Assembly: GCA_030141605.1 (NCBI GenBank)
Contig: JAQGDQ010000508.1
Span: 62,001 to 126,000 of the forward strand
Source: Tubiluchus corallicola
Taxonomy: Eukaryota; Animalia; Priapulida
Length of the DNA: 64,000 nucleotides
Direction: 5' to 3'
The translations under genes were made by a program, and so were the position numbers. Under the pieces are notes generated by a model, which saw nothing but the letters and a program-made list of their open reading frames with translations, searched no databases and was not told the origin of the DNA. Numbering within the stretch: the stretch's first letter is position 1; the number at the start of each line of letters is the position of its first letter. Positions 57,509 to 64,000 of this stretch are shown here, piece after piece.

Positions 57509-57886
57509 TAGGGGTGAGTATTCTCTACCAGAAAGCGAACTCGAATCAAACCGAATTTGTGACTTTCGAATTCGAATCGAACGGAACTTTAGTGTTTCGA
57601 ATTCCAACCGAAATCGAATTGAGATTGCAAGATTTTCAATCAAGTTTTCGAACCACCAGTAAAAATTAGTCTTACAAAGATCATGCATAGCACTAGATTT
57701 TGTTCTGCAATAAAACGAGCAGTAATTTCTTTAAAATTGTGCAGAGAAATCACAGCTAAATTATGCTAATTGCATGATGTTTCAATCATTTTAGGGATAA
57801 AGAACATAATGTGATTGAAGTGCTGAATTATTCGAATCTATAGTTTTGCATTCGAATCGAGCTCGAACGTTCGATACTCACCCCCA
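57509..57886 (-). mobile_element. hAT-type MITE family C, copy 2 (reverse orientation)
   Basis: TAGGGGTGAGTAT...ATACTCACCCCCA; degenerate TSD GTGTTCAC/GTATTCAG; interior is the reverse complement of copies 1 and 3. Confidence 0.85.
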
Positions 57887-58114
57887 GTATTCAGTGTTCA
57901 GTGTAAATTTAAATTAGCAAATTTATTTGTTAGAAAAATTTCAAGGGCTATTAAATAATTTAATTTTGGTCAAAATTTTAGTAGTTGACAGATAAATTGA
58001 TAGTTGTATCACTATTCATAATAATAATAGTTATATTAATAATAATACTAATACTACTACTAATAATAATAAATAAAAAAAGAATGTAATAAATACTTTT
58101 AATGATGAACTTAT

Positions 58115-58482
58115 TAGGGGTGAGCATCGAATGTTCGATTTCGATTCGAACCTAAAACTATAGATTCAAATAATTCAGCACCTCAATCACATACATTCTT
58201 TATCATTAGAACGGCTGAAACATCATACAATTAGCATAATTTAGCTCTGATTTCTGTGCACAATTCTGAAGAAATTATTAGTAGTTTCATTGCAGGCCGA
58301 ATTCAAAAGTAATATGCATGATCTTTGTAAGGTTGTTTTTGCTGGTTGTTCAAAAACTCCTTCGAAAATCTTTCACTCTCAATTCGAATTGCAATTCAAA
58401 ATACCAAAGTTCGGTTCAATTCGAATTCAAAAGTTACAAATTCAATTCAAGTTCACTTTGTGGTAGAAAATGCTCACCCCTT
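58115..58482 (+). mobile_element. hAT-type MITE family C, copy 3
   Basis: TAGGGGTGAGCATCGAA...ATGCTCACCCCTT; colinear with 47114-47456. Confidence 0.85.
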
Positions 58483-58876
58483 ACCTTTATACAGGACTAA
58501 ATAATAATCACAGAATTTAATTTCCCAGGGCAAATAATCAATTATGAAAGAAACTAAATAGCCGAACAAGCCATAAAACTTTGAATTCGTTACCAACCAC
58601 AGTAAAGCAAATTAAAAAATATATAATCATTTATCTGTTCCGAATATCTAAAAAACGAACATGATGACATCTATTCCAGTTGCGACTTCATTTAACCATG
58701 ACCTTGCCAGATATCATTATATTTTAAGAAAGGCAGGCAGGCAACAGATTGTTATGCCTATCAAGTCTATTGTAGGCACTGGGCAGGCAGCTAGTCAGAG
58801 CTCTAAAATAAAAGAAATCTGCCCTCACAGCAGTAATCCAACAAAAACCTAGACACTGTTTGTCAGCACTACTTAC

Positions 58877-59004
58877 GCATTGGAGAGTAAGGGAGTACAA
58901 AAATGGATTGCTCCTTGTAGGAACAAGTTATCAATGAAATAGAAGTGAATTGAACTTAAATAAGCGATGCCTCCTGTTTATGAAAATTTCCAACACACGA
59001 CAAC
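58877..59004. promoter_or_regulatory. Putative bidirectional promoter / first exons of eIF3g (+) and the GATA-like gene (-)
   Basis: A consensus minus-strand donor GTAAGT at 58876-58871 lies ~130 bp from the eIF3g ATG (59005). No other gene was found between it and the minus-strand gene. Confidence 0.5.
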
Positions 59005-62000
59005 ATGCCGGAAGAGTAAGGTTTACTTTTTACTAAAATCATTGTGAAATTAAAGTTTGGCATATGGTATCTGAAAAAAGCAGCATTTAGTTTTTTCTGA
59101 ACAGATTTCATATGCCATACCAGCTACTCTGCTTACCTCCAAAATTGTCTGACTGTTTGTTTATGAACTCTTGTTGCTAGTCTCTTCTCGTCCGTAGCTG
59201 TATTCTATTTGTCTCTTGAGGGTCTTGACCATACTTAACATTTACACATAGAATTATTCCTCTGCCTATAAGCTCACTTCCGAGGTCCTGGTAACAAACT
59301 GCCCATTAAAGTACATCTTTTGGATTGGTACGAATCGCGGCCCGAAAGTGGTTGTTCAAACTATTAATTAAAAGTATTTACTATTATTGAACTTGAAACG
59401 AAAGTTGAAGTATTCGTTGAAGGTACATCCACCATATATTCTGGTTGTTGATTCCATAACCCTGGTGTTTTTCCGGTCAAAAGAAACGTTGCTTTTAATT
59501 AACTATTTTATGGTTTAAACTTGTGTAAAAACCTCTGCTGGTTCTGCCTTGTGTAATTCTTTCCAAGTTAATTTGTGCATCATTGTATCACTGCTTGATC
59601 TTATAAACTTCGGACATGTCACCTGTAAACTCAACAGATTAGCTTAGTATTAACTATTATTTGGGAGTTTAATGTTGATTCTCTTGTTGTGGCAAAATAT
59701 AGTATTGATATTAATATAAGTGTCGATCCAAAGTCTAAGATAGAAAGGTGTATAAAATGGGGGGCTTCGTCTTGGTGATTCTGTTCATTTATGAAACACA
59801 AAATCAAAAGCAGAATAAAGTTGGGTTTCTGGTAGATGATGACAGACATGCGAACAGCAAATTATAAAGAAACGTCAGCTTGGCAGAAGATACTCTTCTA
59901 GACCCATAGTGTTTATGTGTTCTTAACAATGATAATATTGTAAAGGGCAATGCTTAGCTCAATGTAAATTTTACTAGAAGCCAAGGAATCTATATGGAGA
60001 GGCCAACAAGCTCTACTTTTACATAAGTGAAATAAATTTAAACTATTAAGTTGTCTGCTGAGAAAGTAAATTTGGTGATTTGACCAATTTCTTAATTCTG
60101 TGCAAACTGTGAGTAAAAGACAGCAAGCACATAGCTGTTCACCACTGCACTGGCTTAGAAAATATATATCGTGAAATAATGTAAACAGCTGTTAACAGTA
60201 TAATCACATGGTCAGCAAATAAGCATTAAGCATATGAAAAAAGTGAACTGATCTCACTGTGGCTTCATTTCAGTCAAGGGCTTAAAATGTTGTATGAAAA
60301 TCTGTGGAATGGTATAACCACGCACTTGATCTTACAGCATACCGTATTTGTTTTAGAGCCTGTGCTTGATTCAGGACCTGTCTAATTAAATATCTAGAGA
60401 AACATAATGAAAAAAATAATATGCACACCTGTTTGAAGAGCCCATCCAGGTGTAGGTCAATATATTGAAAAATGTTAGGCATCATTCTCAGTTCATATGC
60501 AAAATTTTACTGTTACTTTTTGCAATCAGATTAACATGCAAGAACACGTGTGAAGTGACATAACGTGTCTATCTGTTAATGTAAAGAGATTTTTATTGGA
60601 TGTGCAAATTAGATTCATGTTTTGTGTAGCCAACTCCATGACAGATGCCATCAGAAAAGTATTACTGTTTGGCATACAAACAATACATACTAAAGAAAAA
60701 AGTATTGTTTGTATTCATTCATTGATACGGCACTTCAACTAGATTACTTTTATGTTGAGAATTAAATAACAAATGCCAACAAGCATTGATTGCAAAATAA
60801 GTACCCGGGACTTAAATCTAGTAAATACAGTATTCAGTATTTGTTTGTGTGTGTTAAGTGTTTTGTTTGTGTAGCTAGTTGGAGAAGATAATTGCTGCTC
60901 ATGCCCTGGCAGGCACTCGAAACCTTGTTGGTTTCCTGACCCTGATCTATGCAAATTATTAGTGCAAAAGCAAAAAAAGTGTGGCATATCGACTCTTTAA
61001 CATTGCTAACTCATATTGCAGTATGCAACTAGACTGACTGACTGACAACATGTTGATATAAAATGTTGTAGTTTGTAATTGTGGAAAATAGAGGGTTAAG
61101 CAAAGCAAATTTAAGTTATGTTCACTGATCAAATGAAGGTCTGTGTAGATATCGCAGGCACCAGTTAATTGTTATTTTACAGTTACTAGAAGAAGCACAT
61201 AAGCTTTCGTAAATTGTGCTTAATGGATAATACAAACACTCTAAATACAAAAAAGATTTTGGCCCCTTGAAGTTGGAAATCGTGTGGGATTTGAGTGTAA
61301 TAAATTTTGTGAATAATGATTGAAAAGTTCATCATAAAAATTAGCAGCACAATCATAAAAGGTTTTCAAGCAAAATTTCAGCTTTTAATGTGAAAATTAA
61401 ACAAAATTGTTCTTATTTTTTTTATTTTAATTTAGCACAAAACCAAGTTGGGCTGATCAGGTCGAGCAAGGTGAAGATGGTAAGTACAATGGAAAGTAAA
61501 TGTGCTTACATACTGCGTTATGTTTTTTATTATTCTGAAATGGAGCAATGAATTTATTTCTTCCAAATCCCATTTTGTTAGAACATATAATTTTTTAGAT
61601 GTTTTAGATGTTCTTTAATTGCCATTTTTACATCTGTTTGTTAGTTAGTCACCAATGTTTTTGAAATATACATAATCTGCTGTAAGATAAAAAGGCTGGA
61701 CATAACGTCACTACGTACACAAACATGCTGAGCTTTTGTTTATTTTCTCATATATATCATCAGCATCTTGTCTGTAGCAGACAATAAACACAAAATAGGT
61801 AAGTTTATGCTTAAATTTGTGGTTTCCATTAAAGAAGAACACTACAATGGAAATGACTAATTAGGTATTTATTTTTCAGTACTTTTCAATTACTTTGTGC
61901 AATACTGCTTTGCTACCAGTAAATTTGCATCTTTATTTTAAATTTTTGCACAGGTCCTCTGAGTTTTCGAGTTTGTGTTTTGAGTTTTCTATAAGGTTAT

Positions 62001-62088
62001 ATTTTTAGTTTTCTATTCGTTTTAAAGAGTAAATAATTTGTTAAATGCTAATTCCATTTTCATACATCACATTCTTGTCTACTAGCTC

Positions 62089-62147
<59 letters not shown>

Positions 62148-62779
62148 AATAATAATAGTATTGCTTAAAATAAGAATGTATAAATAGGGTTTTATCTGCG
62201 AGCATCACGGATCTAACAGAACTGTATGCTGAGTTTGTGTTGTTGTTTTTCTCAGATAATAGAACTAAAATATATTTGTAATTTAAAATGAATATGTAAA
62301 ATTCGTATCTCATTTTTGATTTGTTATTTAAAATAAAATGGCATTGTTCTTGCAGCTGATCTTCCTGCAAACTCAGAAACACTTGAAAATGGAATTAAAA
62401 CAGTCACTGAATACAAATACAATGATGAAGGAAAGAAAGTTAAAGTGAGTCAAGCTTTTTGTACTTCGTGAAATGCATTAAACATTTTAGTAGTGATCTG
62501 CAGTGCCCTCTGTTGACTGTGATAACAAACAGTATACAATAATGCTGATATTGTTAGAAAATCGATTCTATTGGCAAGGTGTTATTAAAACATTATGTAG
62601 CCGCTATATTACTACTTTTAGTATAAATTTAGCATGTATTTCACCTATCTCATTTTTTTAAATTCTGCATCAGTTGCCTCTTTTAGAAATGACTAATTTT
62701 TCGAAATTGTGCTTTTCAGGTCATTCGCCAGTATAAAATAGAAACACGTAAAGTGTCAAAGTCTGTCGCCAGAAGAAAA
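59005..62779 (+). CDS. EIF3G: Eukaryotic translation initiation factor 3 subunit G (3'-partial; continues beyond the window)
   Basis: Exons 59005-59015, 61436-61479, 62356-62444, 62720-62779 splice to MPEDTKPSWADQVEQGEDADLPANSETLENGIKTVTEYKYNDEGKKVKVIRQYKIETRKVSKSVARRK, the characteristic eIF3g N-terminus (SWADQVE, IKTVTEY, KKxKxxR, VARRK). Confidence 0.93.
62089..62156 (+). repeat. (TTA)n followed by inverted (TAA)n microsatellite
   Basis: Directly visible. Confidence 0.9.
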
Positions 62780-64000
62780 GTATGATGTTTGTTTGTTTAC
62801 CAGTTTGTTATAGTTGTAAAATGCACTTAGGAATTACTTGTTTATTATAAGTAAAAGACCTATGCCTTTTAATCGAAAGCTAATGTGCCAAAGTGACTGT
62901 TTTTAGTTGAAGTAGGTTATTGTGAGGTCATATTTTGAACTAGGAAATATCAATCTGCAAGAAAGGGATAAATGTTTTGAAGTGAAAAATTGAAATAACA
63001 AATTATTTGGCAAATCAAAAAGTGACTATGTTACAAGGTGCGTATTTTGACAAAGATGAGTTTTTGTATGTAAACTGGAGCAAAAATACTTTTTGTAGTA
63101 AGAATGTCAATGAAAGGTCGAAAATCCATGTGGGGTCTTGCCAAGTGAGATTAACTTATATTTTTCCACAAAAAAAATTTAGCAATAGTAGTTGCTAGTA
63201 CAATTGCAAACTTACACAGCAGTTTATAAAAGATGTTTTGCAGTAACTTATTACTGAAAGTCGCTTAAGGTTTCAAAATGTTTTAGAAAACTCATATCAA
63301 GCTGGTTACCATTCATGGACGATGTGAGTCATATGACAAATCTTCACTTTCAGTATTAACATTCTTGACGCACATAACCAGACTAGCATGCCTAATTTTC
63401 CGCTAACACGTTAGAAAAGAAGCTAGTTCTTATTAAAAATTCCTCTGTAGAAAAAGAAACTAGTGCAATAGAAATATTATTATAGTACATGCACTGGCGG
63501 CCATTGCTAAAATTACTGGGGGTGCTGCTTCAGAAAATTTTTAGCCATTGTTTTAATACTGTGTAAAACGAAACAAACATGTAATTTTAATGTTGTAATT
63601 TGTAATTTTAAACAAACAAACGTATGAAAGTTTATACATAAACTTGATAAAATCCTAAACAAAAAAAATAGTTTTGGCTTATTAATAGTCTAAATTGTCT
63701 CAGTTCAAGCTTAATCCATTCACAGTAAGCACTTGACAACCGACAGCAAACTGCTTGGGCGACAGTACTTTCTCTACCTGGGCTCAGACATGTGCATACA
63801 GCCGTATGAGCACAACAGCCAAACACTACTTTGCTGGAGCGCACTGTACTGGGAAACAAACAGTACTGCCCTCATATGCTCTGGTTTTGTATAAGTATAA
63901 AGAAAGAGCTAAGGAAAAATACTTATTATCTTTAATATTTTCGATAATATTAAGTGAAAAGGGGGGGGTACTGCAGTTCCACAGTACCTATACACGAGCC

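Noticed and set aside
58877-58880. ATG at 58880 (-) as the start codon of the GATA-like gene
   Set aside because: Splicing to the acceptors near 55168 or at 54107 gives early stops, so it is at most a uORF.
59100-59900. Possible Penelope or other retroelement remnant, or snoRNA, in eIF3g intron 1
   Set aside because: No convincing RT/GIY-YIG motif or C/D or H/ACA box arrangement could be read by eye.

Overview
AT-rich eukaryotic (invertebrate-like animal) genomic DNA containing four intron-containing genes, assembled by hand from GT-AG splice sites and reading-frame phase. (1) A 5'-partial GluN2/Nmdar2-type NMDA receptor subunit (+, 12 visible exons, 9954-28791). It has an unusual M3 gate, SYTANLIKF instead of SYTANLAAF, and Gly-Ala at the pore N/N+1 sites. 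(2) A complete USH1G/SANS (ANKS4B family) gene (-, 2 exons, 481 aa). (3) An uncharacterised ~1094-aa gene (-, 10 coding exons) with an atypical long-spacer GATA-like zinc finger followed by two Cys-rich modules reminiscent of transposase N-terminal regions. (4) The 5' part of eIF3g (+), apparently head-to-head with gene 3 on a very short shared promoter. Non-coding DNA is full of DNA-transposon derivatives (pogo, Tc1/mariner, hAT and TTAA/Kolobok-like MITEs), decayed non-LTR retroelement pieces and microsatellites. There is also a ~2.6 kb near-identical tandem duplication abutting an 897-N gap. No prokaryotic features, CRISPR arrays, rRNA or tRNA could be supported.
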